DNA of 64,000 nucleotides, taken from contig NC_057718.1 in NCBI RefSeq assembly GCF_004010195.1, positions 65,782,770-65,846,769 on the forward strand, in the 5' to 3' direction. This stretch comes from Chiloscyllium plagiosum. Taxonomy: Eukaryota. Position numbers and translations under genes: made by a program. Below the pieces are notes generated by a model that worked only from the letters and a program-made list of their open reading frames with translations, had not been told where the DNA came from and did not search any database. Positions 49,110 to 61,014 of this stretch are shown piece by piece. How positions within the stretch are numbered: the first letter of the stretch is position 1; every line of letters begins with the position of its first letter.

Positions 49110-49826
49110 TCTTTATTAATTCCTACTTTAAACTTTTACACCAAAATGGACCAAACAAGATCAAACATTCTTGTACAAATAATTGGGAGTATTTGAAAAC
49201 AAATTATACTAAATTTTTATAATCATTATAATCTTTGCTGATCAAAGTGCAGCAATTTTGTTTCCAGCCTTTAAATTACCTGATATTGCCCCATTGACAC
49301 CATTTTCAAGCAGTATGAGCACACAGTGCAATTCTAATTCCTCACACAAATATTTTCTTGGCTATCAAAATATATAAAATGAATGAAAAGATATTCTGTA
49401 AATTGTTCACTTCATAAGTAATTGATTGCAAATTTAGAATTAAACAGACCTAAGTGTTATGGATTTGGTTCCAAATCAGAGGGTGGTGTTGGGTTTACAT
49501 TGCTCACAGGAACAATGTAACGGGGGGGCTACTGTGCAAGGAGGTATGGTGAAAGGATATCATCTGTTGCATTGCTCCCCTATATTTATAATGAGAATTG
49601 GTCAATCATGTAATAAATACATAATCTCTAACATTCTACTGTCCAGACTATATTTTATAATTTAAAGGGTGGAAACAAAATTGCTGCACTTTGATCAGCA
49701 AAAATTATAATGATCATAAAAGTTTAGTATAATTTGTTTTCAAATACTCCCAATTATTTGTACAAGAATGTTTGATCTTGTTTGGTCCATTTTGGAGTAA
49801 AGGTTTAAAGTAGGAATTAAAAAAGA
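49110..49826. repeat. 169-bp inverted duplication (arms 49110-49278 and 49658-49826)
   Basis: Direct reverse-complement comparison shows only scattered substitutions; 379-bp spacer. Confidence 0.92.
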
Positions 49827-49883
49827 GATGACAATAAACTTGATAATTGATCAGAACTTGAACCAATTCTGCTTCTTCCATAG

Positions 49884-49957
49884 GCAGAGAAAGCTGAAGG
49901 TTTCCTTAGTTTACCAAAGTTCAAGATTGATCAAGGAACAGAGTGCAAAAAGAAACA
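49884..49957 (+). CDS. IPCEF1: IPCEF1 PH-domain exon AEKAEGFLSLPKFKIDQGTECKKK(H)
   Basis: Acceptor gcttcttccatag, donor aca|gtaagt. 74 nt, phase 0/2. Matches the family motif AEKA.GF..LP.F......ECKKK. Confidence 0.95.
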
Positions 49958-51004
49958 GTAAGTAATGTAGTAATTAAATGAACAATCAATAATCACATCA
50001 AAACTTTACTATCTGTTCAACACATTCTTGCACATTTATAATGCTTTTCATATGATGAAGCATTCCATAGAAGAGATTAGGGAACAGGGAAAGAGGTGAG
50101 GGAAGATAACAGGAGACATTTCAAAATTGAAGTTTTTGAGAAAATCTTTGATTAAGAAAGAGATGATAACATAGCCAGGTTCTGAATGAAAAGATCAATC
50201 TCTGAAGGTTTCTGGTCTATTAAGGATCTCCCACCAATGAAAAGGAGATTTTGATGACTGTTGGAACAACAGAAACAGTCTTAAGGTTGAAGAAGATTAC
50301 AAATGTTATCAAATGCAATGAAGGGATATATTTTGAATTTGTAGTGCTCAAAGCATTGCATGATCACAGTTTGGTGAGAGCAGAAATGCAATTTTGAAGC
50401 AGAGTTTAGGGCATTTCTGAAATTGAGGTTTATCAAAGGTAGCATTTGACAGAGGGATTAGTCTTTTGAATAAATTAAGTCTAGACAAGATGAAGATATA
50501 AATTCAAGTTTTGGATCTGTTGATGGTTTGAAAGATAAAAGGAAGATGCAGCACGAATTAATGACACAGGCTTATAATAGAATGAGTGAGAAAGATCATC
50601 AGCCAGAGACATTTTTTCAGAAGTAAGATGCTTTGGTGATGGAACTGATGTGAGCATTTGGAAGTATCTTCAAGAGCAAACAGGAAGTTGAGATTGAGCA
50701 TGAGTCAGTCAAGGTGAAAAACATTGTACGAACGTAAGGAGAATGTTCTGGCTAATCCACAAGATGCTAATGGGCAGCAGTAGCCCTGGGATCCAGAATG
50801 ATGGTTGTGGGGAGGTTAACATGACCTGACTCAATATTTACAGTTTGCCACTAAGGGCCATGTAAACAGTCCAGGAAGGTAATGCGGATGAATGATTGAA
50901 CATGCTAGAAGTTCATATGAGTGAGAATAAAAGACTCAGAGAAAATATACTGAGTGCAATGAACACGCTGAAAATAGTTAACTGCTGATCAAGACAGAAG
51001 GAAG

Positions 51005-51250
51005 AACTTGTGTTTTATATAGCTGCCCATCAGATTCTCAAAGAACTTGTACTATTTTTAAGGAATTTTTGAAGGGCAATCACTGTTATTACGTTAGTAA
51101 ATATTGCAGCCAATTTTCTCAAATCAAGGTTCTGAAAACAACAAAGGGAATGGATGACCAGTTGGTTTTGGTGGTATGATTTGAAATAGAAGTGTTGGCC
51201 AAAGCACCTTTCAATAGAGCTACATGTGGTATTTTCTGAGATGACCACTC
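51005..51250 (-). mobile_element. Ancient SINE remnant with an L2-like tail
   Basis: Minus strand ttggctgcaatatttactaacgtaataacagtgattgcccttcaaaa...gctatataaaacacaag. Heavily decayed. Confidence 0.35.
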
Positions 51251-52469
51251 CTGGTACTTTGTGGGATTTTCCACCTCAGCCAATATTTGGTACTGGGTTA
51301 GGATTTTTTGAATTAGTTTGCTGCCACCAATATTCCTTTGTCTTGGGCCTATCTAATAGTTAGTAGCAGGGGTAGACTACCATAGAGTATCTAAAGAGGG
51401 GACACTGTTTTTAGAAAGCAAGAAGATTTATGATGTGAAAAATATAAGCACAACTATATTTGATCAGGCATAATTACAAAGACTTTATGGAGCAAATCCA
51501 GATACATCTGTTCTATTTGAAAGCTAGAGTTAAGTCCTAATCTCCACCCACAGAATGTGTGTGACATCAGTAGAGTGGGTGGAGCCAAACTAAGTGGATC
51601 ATTAACCCATTTAGAGCTATTACCTTTTACAACACAATGGATCTTATCAAATCACTTGAAAGTGCACTCTTGGATTTAATATTTCACCCAAAGGAATGCA
51701 CTGTGTGGTATATCCTATGTAAATCAATGAATTTCTGTAAAGGAAATTGAACTCAAAATGATTCCAAATTCTAAAAATATCATTCTTGTAACTAAAACAT
51801 AAGTTAAGTGTAAATTTCAGTAATCATTCAAAAGGCAGTGAATTAATATTTCTGCTCATTTACACCAGCAACTGTTCCCATTGTGTTGCAATCCTTCTGC
51901 TTACGTTGTTCATGTTTAATTACTCTAATGAGATTTTTCTTAAGTTCAGTGTCTTTTAATGAAACTAACAGTCACCTTTTTAGGTTGAAGTTATACCGTT
52001 ACATTTTCTTGCCCAGTAATTACGTTGCCTTAGCTACATGAAGAAAGATAAATCTCAAAGTGAAACAAGGTATCATGTTACTTTGTGATCATATTCATTC
52101 AATTCAACAGCCTGTCGTGTTACATTTGGTAAATGTGAAATGCAGCCAAATTTATTTTGAATAATGAAGATAATTTTTTTCTCACATTTGCTGTTGATGT
52201 GTGAAAATTCACAGATTTAGAGCAAGCACTTAGAAGATTCTAGGAGGTTAACAAAGATTGCAGGCATTGATTTGATCTCTGTAGGACACTTTTGGCCCTT
52301 CATCAGCAAGTGCATACTCACCTTACGGGATTAGTAATTAATCATGTTCAGAGACCGAAGGCAATATGTTCGTCATTATTCATCAAGCTGATTCCTTCAA
52401 CAGGACCTATCGAAACAATCGTTTTGTAAACTCTATCCATTTAAATATGTTGAGGAAATAATGTTATAA

Positions 52470-53500
52470 GAAAAGATGGCTAATGGAATGTTAGCTCTTA
52501 TTTCAAGGGGGTTAGAGTATAAGAGTAATGAGTTACTGCAACTGCATAAATGATTTGGATGTGAGCATAAGAGGTACAGTTAGTAAGTTTGCAGATGACA
52601 CCAAAATTGGAGGTATAGTGGACAGCGAAGAGGGTTATCTCGAATTACAATAGGATCTTGATCAGATGGGCCAATGGGCTGAAAAGTGATAGATGGAGTT
52701 TAATTCAGATAAATACAAGGTGCTGCATTTTGGGAAAGCAAATCTTAGCAGGTACACTTCATGGTAAGGTCCTAGGCAGTGTTGCTGAACAAAGAGACCT
52801 TGGAGTGCAGGTTCATAGCTCCTTGAAAGTGGAATCGCAGGTAGATAGGATAGTGAAGAAGGCGTTTGGTATGCTTTCTTTTATTAGTCAGAATATTGAG
52901 TACAAGAATTGGGAGGTCATGTTGTGGCTGTACAGGACATTGGTTAGGCCACTGTTGGAATATTGCAGGCAATTCTGGTCTCCTTCATATCTGAAAGATA
53001 TTGTGAAAGTTGAAAGGGTTCAGAAAAGATTTACAAGGATGTTGCCAGTGTCGGGAATTTGAGCCATAGGGAGAGGCTGAACAGGCTGGGGTTGTTTTCC
53101 CTGGAGCGCGGAGGCTGAAGGGTGACCTTATAGAGATTTACAAAATTATGAGCGGCATGGATAGGATAAACAGACAAAGTCTTTTCCCTAGGGTCAGGGA
53201 GTCCAGAACGAGAGGGCATAGGTTTAGGGTGAGAGGGGAAAGATATAAAAGAGACATAAGGGGCAACTTTTTCATGCAGAGGGTGGTACGTGTATGGAAT
53301 GAGCTGCCAGAGGAGGTGGTGGAGGCTGGTACAATTGCAACATTTAAAAGGCATTTGGAAGGCTATATGAATAGGAAGGGTTTGGAGGGATATAGGCCGG
53401 GTGCTGGCAAGTGGGACTCGATTAGTTTGGGATATCTGGTCAGCATCAACTGGTTGGATGGGAGGGTCTGTTTCCATGCTGTATGACTCTATGACTCTAT
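52470..53500 (+). mobile_element. Young CR1/HER1-type LINE 3' fragment (RT from FADD onward)
   Basis: aagtttgcagatgacaccaaaattgg (KFADDTKIG); ORFs 52658..53062 and 53148..53486. Confidence 0.92.
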
Positions 53501-54033
53501 GACACTATCGAATAGCAATGCTCAGGCTGCATTTCAATAAGCTTCCCAGCTCTTGATCTCAATTAGGCATCAGTGCAGATGTTGTACAGTGGCAAGTGGC
53601 TCCTCTGTGAGAAACCAGATGTGGTATACCTAGGCAAATCCAACAGGTTGGTTTAGACTGATCTAGATCTGGACTGCAAACGAAATGGAGAGAAAAATTA
53701 AATAGCAAGTCACCTAAAGCCAAGAATATATTATTTTTGTAAAATTCATCATAACATCTAAATACAATGAGTACAATCTGCCACTTCTGGGAAGCTAAGT
53801 GTTTCCAGGATTGTACATTCCAAGAATGACATCTTGTAGATAGTAAGAGTTGAGGAAGGTTAGAATGAGGCAGGAAATACAAGATTCTTCAGGCAGGTTT
53901 CATGGTGCTGTCAAAATGTACTTGGAATTGGAGACTGTTGGGAGTGAAGACTCTTTGAATGAATATAGTCTCGACCATGACACCAATGGAAAGGGGCTGC
54001 ACTAGCGATAACAGCAAAGGTAGAAATGCTGCC

Positions 54034-54490
54034 ATAGAGTCATACAGCACAGAAACAGACCCTTTGGTCTAACTTGTCCATTCCAACTAGGTTTCCTAAA
54101 CTGAACTAGTTCCATTTGCCCAAGTCCGTCTAAACCTTTCCTATATACATACATATCCAAATGTCTTTTAAATGTTGTAATTGTATCCACCTCCACCACT
54201 TCCTCTGGCAGCTCGTTCCATGTTACCCCACAGGTTCCTTTTAAATCTTTCCCCTCTCACCTTAAACCTATGCCCTCTAGTTTTTGATTCACCTACCCTG
54301 AGGAAAGAATATTGACTATTCACCTTATTTATGCCTGTTATGATTTTATCAATCTCCATAAGCTCACCCTTCAGCCTCCTATGCTCTAGGGAAAGAAATT
54401 CCATCCTATCCAGCCTCTCCTTATAACTCAACCCATCCAGTCTCAGTAACATTGTTGTAAAACTTTCCTGTATCCTTTCCAGTTTAATAT
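54034..54490 (-). mobile_element. CR1-type 3' fragment
   Basis: ORF 54168..54533 LSYKERLDRMEFLSLEHRRLKG. Confidence 0.85.
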
Positions 54491-55344
54491 CATTATAGGA
54501 AATTCCAGAATCAGGATAGGCATGGACAGACATGCATTTTGATATCCGTCATCATGGATCCAATATGATATGTTACCTCCCTGGTGCCAGTGTAAAAGAA
54601 TGTAAACAATTCTGCAGGGAGAAGGGACTGCATCATAAGTTGTAGTACCAAAGGGAATGCCCTCCCAGGACACTCCTGAGATGCCTTGGAACACCACCTC
54701 CATTTTCCAGGGACCCAAACACAGATGGAGAAGGTTGCACATACAACCTTGGACCCTCAGTAAGCCAGATACATCTAGGCCTCAGACAATGCGAGGATGC
54801 CTATCAAGGTTAGCTGGTCCACAAAGCAGCAGCATCTTTCAGCTAAGTCAACTACAGTTCCCCAAGGTGGCATCAAGACACAAGCTCCCCATGAGCATCA
54901 TGTGGAGTGGTGCAGAGAACACTGAGGGTGTTGATCTTTGCTGCCATTTGAGGAACAAACATCTGAAAAGCCAGAACTTAAACAAGATGTTTGACATTTG
55001 GAATCAATTAGAATTATTTTTCTCCTCTACTCTCTGGAAAAAGTAAACACCCCTTGCAAAGTGAGGGTTCATTCATATAATCCTAAAAATAACTCCATAT
55101 TGATGGTCTGGCCAGGAAATGGAGCAGGAAGCTATTGGTACAAGTGGAATGAATTAACTTACAATTTATGCTAAACAATGTAGTTTACTTCTTGAAACTT
55201 ATAAACCAAGTATTCCCTTGAGCGTAAGAATGTCTCAGCACCTTCATAAACTTGTAGCTCTGATTGTTCACTTGACCATATGCAGCCATTTGTCTTCAAA
55301 TCTAGCTGCTACCTGTTTCTGTCATTTGCCTCACTTTAATAGCA

Positions 55345-55552
55345 CCCTGGCTTCCTCAGCATCCTCATCACCAGTGTTGCCTTCCATGACACCTATTTTT
55401 GAGCTAGGTTATGCAGGGTGCAACAAACAATCACTATTGTAGAGACTCTGTCCAGTACTGGAGTGCTCCTGCTCAGCAGTCCAGGAGTGGAAGCACATCT
55501 TCAAAACTCCAATCATCTATTCAATGATCGTCCTAGTGGATGCATGGGCTGT
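55345..55552 (-). pseudogene. Decayed PIF/Harbinger DDE transposase C-terminal fragment
   Basis: Minus strand AHASTRTIIE*MIGVLKMCF, GALQY, IVIVCCTLHNLAQ and acidic GDEDAEEAR match the Harbinger H...R..IE..IG.LK.RF...C..LHN motif. Confidence 0.75.
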
Positions 55553-55658
55553 ACTGCCCAGAATTGATCTGAGGGGTTCAAACTGGGCTCATTGGCCATG
55601 CATTCTGGAGTTTCTCCCTCGAAAACATGACAACCTTCAAGACTCAACATCAAGTTCA

Positions 55659-55798
55659 CCCCGATGAAGAGTCATTCCTGATGATGGGCTTTTGCCCGAA
55701 ATGTCGATTCTCCTGCTCCTCGGATGCTGCCTGACCTGTTGTGCTTTTCCTGCACCACAGTCTCGACTCTAATCTCCAGCATCTGCAGTCCTCACTTT
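55659..55798 (+). mobile_element. PLE pLTR insertion with hammerhead motif 55676-55707, nested in the end of another PLE (about 55625-56170)
   Basis: 11-bp TSD catcaagttca at 55648 and 55799; TC-CTGATGA-T-GGGC-tttt-GCCC-GAAA-TG-TC-GA. Confidence 0.82.
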
Positions 55799-57289
55799 CA
55801 TCAAGTTCAACAATTTAAGAGCATGAACACCTTCTTCCTTGTTTATTATCTACCCACAGACCACAGGTCTTATCATGAAATAGGCTGCATTCAGCACAGC
55901 CAACACATTTTCAATTAATTTTGTGACCCACGTTATCACTTATCTACTATCAACAATCCCTTTATTTGCCGATCCCTTTTCTCTCCCATCTCTGTGGGCT
56001 TTGTCTCCTCCTATTTGCTCACTTCCTCCTCATCAGAGTTTCTTCCCCTCATTTCCCAGAATCCTTCCTGTGAGAAACAAAAGCTCACTCACTTTAATAA
56101 TTTCAGTCCGAGACCAAAAATCTGAATCCGAGTCGTTAATTTGTACACTTGCAAGTGGGTGCCTTGTCTAATTGCCAGGTACGGCAATTACAAATGCACA
56201 GTAAACCCCAACAAACTCTTGCAATTTATACAGTTTTTTTCCCATATGTTTTCCTTATTCCATTGTTTGTTCCCTGCTTCGCTTACGTCACTCATTTCCT
56301 TAAGACTTATCCCACAACTGTTTATCCTGTCTTGTCCATGACAAACTCTTATCTCTGACTCCCACAAGGGTGTTCGACGTTAGTCTACTGTAGGTCATTA
56401 ATTAGGCATATCTTTTCTTCTATCAGCATCTATTTCTATCCAGAGGCCACTTTGACCTCTTTAATTAGAGTTTGTTCCTGTGTCTCGGTGCAAGTGGGGA
56501 AAAAAGATGTTTTTCCTGTTTGCCCATACATCCACCATTGTTCTGTAATCACGTCTCATGCTAACATATCCTTTCTTTTTGCTGAATATATATTTTCTCA
56601 TTCCTGTTCTGTATCAGAATTTATAGTTGCAGAAATAACATTAATTCATTCCATTGTCCTGAACAGACACACCATTTAAATTCCTTTCTTTTCAGTCTCA
56701 CCCACCTTTATCTGAACCTTTTGAGTTGAGCTGTGGTCAGTGCAACCTGTGTTGCTGTCACACTTGGGCAGACTTGTTGACCCAGTCAAGATAGTGTTGT
56801 GTGTGGGGGGGGGAGGGGTGTAAGGGTTACAAGCAAGATCACATCTGACTGAGCCTTCTTATGAGCTGGTTGACCCAATCAGGCTTCAGCCTTTACTCTG
56901 CAAAGTGTTTGCGCAAAAGAAGCATCTTAATTGTGAAGCAGCTGAGTTACTCAAGACATTTGTACTCATCAGAGCTTGGATCAAGCAGTCTGCCCCATCA
57001 GGTACACTCGAAGTATGGTTGTGTTTATGAATTTATGTGTTTTCTGTTTTATTGCACGAGTGAGCATAATTCCAGTGAGATGTTAATAACATGCTGATGA
57101 ATGTAAAACAGTTTGCTGACCATGATGGTCAGGAACGCCTACCCACCTGAAGAGTTTTGCGAACTTAATACCAAAGCTTTGACCAGTTGTCAGGTAACTG
57201 ATTTTTTTGTCTTCTGCCCAGTTATGTTCCCCCTGCCTGCTCTTCTAAAAGCTAAGAGCGAAAGATTCCATTCAATTGCAAAGTTTTAA

Positions 57290-57975
57290 ATTGTGTGCAA
57301 GGACAGACATGCATTCGGAATTCATGTACATAGACCTTTGAAGGTGGCAAGACATATTGAGAGAGGAATTAGCAAAGTGTAAGGAATCTTGAGATTCATA
57401 AATAGAGGCATTAAGTACTAACACAACATTTTAAGATAAATAAAGCTCTGGTTAGGCCACAACTAGAATATTCTGTCCAGTTTTGTTCACTGCAGTTTAG
57501 GAAAGATGTGGGGTTCCTTGAAATGGTGCAGGGGAGCTTTACCAGAATGGCAGCAGGCATGAAGGACTTTAGCTACACAGTTGTTTTCCTTTAAACAAGG
57601 AAATTGAAGGAGTTATAGTTAGAGTATAGGATCACAGCAGGTTTGGATAAGCCAGATAAGGAAAAGCTTCCCATTAGCTGATGGTGCAAGCACTGGAGGG
57701 CAGATAATTGATGTTTTGAGCAAGAGATGTAGGGGAGAATACAAAATAGAACTTCATTATATTCTGAATAGTGATGAATTAGAATGTACTGCCCCCGAGG
57801 TTGATGAAAGCAGAGATAACAAATGATTTCAAAAGAAAATTGAATGAGCATCTGAAAGAACTAACTTGATGATGACAGGGATAGACTAAGGGAATGGAAC
57901 TGATTGGATTGCTGAATGGAACACTAACCATTGATTCAATTCATTAAACAGCTGGTTCTGGTACTGTGAATGACT
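57290..57975 (+). mobile_element. Old CR1 3' fragment
   Basis: ctggttaggccacaactagaatattctgtccagttttg (LVRPQLEYSVQF). Confidence 0.75.
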
Positions 57976-58344
57976 AGGAAGAATGAAATAAATAACATGC
58001 ACATTGCCAATACAATTACATGATTAAGCTAATAATATACAGGCAAAGTCAAAGTCTCACTTTAGATCAGCTTTTTGGACAAATAATTTAATAACATAAG
58101 GAGCTGTTAAAAAATTGTCAATACTCATGCAAGTATTTGAACTACAATGATCAGAAGTTATCAAAATCTCTATTCCAATTGAATCACTGACATTTTACAC
58201 TACTGTTTTCACTACTCTTTAAAATAAATGCAAACATTTCTGAATCCAATGGTAACTGGGAGCAAAACATCCAGAAAAATCAGCAGTTTGACCTTTACAA
58301 TGGAAATTTGTATTTATTATTTGTTTTCTATTCCCTTAATCAAG

Positions 58345-58416
58345 TGCAATAAAGGCAAGCCATCCACAATCCAAGAAGTTCTATTTTGCTGCGGAGAATG
58401 CTGTTGAAATGAACAA
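58345..58416 (+). CDS. IPCEF1: IPCEF1 PH-domain exon (H)AIKASHPQSKKFYFAAENAVEMN(K)
   Basis: AAG acceptor after a pyrimidine tract, donor caa|gtaagt. 72 nt, phase 2/2. Contains the HP...FYFAAEN..EMN family motif. Confidence 0.93.
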
Positions 58417-60676
58417 GTAAGTACTTGGTGGTGGGGCTGTTTTGTGTTTCCATTGCAGTGATGTTGATGTATTTTCCAGTTTCAATGTTGTTTATAATCA
58501 AGAGAGCAAACTGAAGGACCAAGACCCATATTTTAGGGCATCAACAAACCTGACATAACAGGGGAAAAAGGAAGAAGTAATTCTGTAATTCTAACTTGAG
58601 TGTTTGAAAACTAGGAGAGTGAAGTAGGAAATATAAAGCAGATTGGCAAGGAGGTACTAGGAAAGAATGAGTTTGAGTAGGGAAGAGAAGTGAAACTTGA
58701 TTTCAACATGAGTGAAAATGTATTGGTCATATTATTAGTTACATCCTTTTCTCTATTGTCATTATTACGTTTCTTTTATTTCCTACATTTGTTATACCTG
58801 GCAATCCTGTATCCTGTGTTGCCATGTTTCAATGATTTGAAAATGAAATCTGAATTAAACGACCAACGAATAAATACTTCAGTACACTTCAGAGTGCCAG
58901 ATTTTAAAGAGACCTAAATAGGATAATGAACTTTTGTTCTTCATCACCGAAAGTTGATACCTCATCTTCATGAAATATAGCTAACAGTCTTCTGTAACTC
59001 ACATTAAAAAGTTATTGGCCCAAATATTATGATCAGATTTAAAAAAACACTTTTAGAGACTTCTGTGTTGGAGATTCCTGCACAGGGTCCTCCTGTTATA
59101 AATTTGTCCAGGAATCCCAAGTGTAGCATGTCATCACAGAATCTATGTCCCCTTTGAGAACCACCGGACAGTATTTGTACAGTTTCAATGTCTTCTAAAA
59201 CTTTAAAATCTACTGTGAAGGGTTACGTATATAAGGTAAACATGAGTATAGCATGCAAGTAGATGACGGTGGTAAAGATGCTATGTGGGTAAGGTGAATT
59301 AGGTGCCAGGTTTACAAGGCGTGTAGAGTACTGAATGGGTGAAAGGCCAGGGATATGAGTAGAATACCAGGTATGTGAGGGCAAAAAAAATGCCAGGTGA
59401 ACAAGGGGTGTAAGGTGCCACATAGATAAGGCTTTAGGGTGTCAGGTAAGGTGAGGGAGTAGAGTAAGGTGGGTAAGATTTCAGGGAAGTGAATGAGTGC
59501 TCAGGCTAAGTCAGGGCATCAGTTAGTGGTTGGGGTTCAGCTCAGAAGGGCATTGTGTCAGTTCAAAGGATGTATCAAGCCGATGGGGTGGAGGCAGGGG
59601 GGCAATTGGTGGATAGGTTCTAGTCATTTGAGGTTGAGTCAGAGGTGTTGGGCCCAGTGGGGTCAGGTCAGAGATGTGGTATTGGATGTTTAGGAAGTGA
59701 GGATTATTTTGTGGCAATTGAGTTGGGTCAGAGGGTGGTAGGTGACATGTCTCGAGGGTTCTCAGAGGTTGGGGGGGAAGAGTGTAGCTGGGTGCAGGAT
59801 CAGTAGTGAATTTGGGTTCAATTGAATAGTCAGCCAGCAGTTAGAGAATATTTTAATCTCTCGAAGTTTTCCTCAGTAATTTTTAAGCTTAAATGAGTCT
59901 GAAGTTTCTGACATTAAGAGGTTTTTCATGAGGGTTCAAGATGCAGGGAAATTGCCTACCATAATTTTCAATTTTTCAAGCAATTTCTTCAGAGTCAATT
60001 TTGTCAGGGATTTGCTGTGATTCCAACATGTAATTCCTGTCCACACTGCTGGAATGCCATCAGAATAACTGATCCATTGTTTTTATTCCAGCCTTGTTAG
60101 CAAGTGATTGCCAGCACTGGGAACATAACTGCTGTTGATAATGAAAATGCTAGAGGACAGACAGTATCTATGTAGAAAGAAAGTGTTAATAGTTTAAGTC
60201 ATCCCCTTTCATGAGAACACCAATCTTACCTTTACCCAATGGCTGCATGAATTCATTTTCTGGCAGGGATCACAGACCAATGTCCAGAAATTAAGACTTC
60301 AAGCTAAATTGCTTCCATTCCTGAAAAGAAGCAAGGATCTTTTTGTGTCAAATAGACTGGAAAGCTTTATTCACACCAGAATGAAGGTGCTACCTCCCTT
60401 GTGCAGATGGGTTATACTGACACTGTGACCTAGTGAAGCAACTCCAAATACATTACCCGACCATATATAGATAAGGATACTTGTGTAGCTGGAATCTGAA
60501 AACAGTATTGCCTACACATTCTAAAAGAATTGTTAAAGACTGGATAGGGAGAGTGATACTTGCATTTAATAATGAATAACTTTGGAAGATAAATTGGTAG
60601 TTTCATTGTCATTAGCAAAAAATGTACAGAGTTCAAGATGCATTACAGCAAACTATAACCATCATTAATCTTTTAG

Positions 60677-60744
60677 GTGGATCAATAAAATGGGTTTAGC
60701 TGCTATTGAATATGTTCTTCCAGCTTCGGATCCAAAAAATGGAG
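60677..60744 (+). CDS. IPCEF1: IPCEF1 exon, PH C-terminal helix: (K)WINKMGLAAIEYVLPASDPKNG(E)
   Basis: Acceptor atcttttag, donor gag|gtatgt. 68 nt, phase 2/1. Supplies the invariant PH-domain Trp. Confidence 0.92.
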
Positions 60745-60852
60745 GTATGTGCATTTGTTGACATGAGTTGAGAACATTCTCTGAAATGTTCAGCTTGTCA
60801 GTCAAAGATTTTCAACAAACCACATCTTCTGGTGAATTCCTTCTCCCTGCAG

Positions 60853-60941
60853 AATGTTGGAGTGAGAGTGAACAAGAAGATGTGGACATTCCACCAGAGG
60901 ACTCATCGTTATCAAATACATCCCAACTAGAAGAAAAGCAG
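60853..60941 (+). CDS. IPCEF1: IPCEF1 exon (E)CWSESEQEDVDIPPEDSSLSNTSQLEEKQ; gene continues beyond the window
   Basis: Acceptor ttccttctccctgcag, donor cag|gtaaat. 89 nt, phase 1/0. Contains the EC(Y/W)SESEQED motif of IPCEF1. Confidence 0.92.
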
Positions 60942-61014
60942 GTAAATGTGTAGTACAACATAAACATGTGAAGAATCAGTGTACAGATTTTGTGGATAAT
61001 TTAAATACTAAGAT

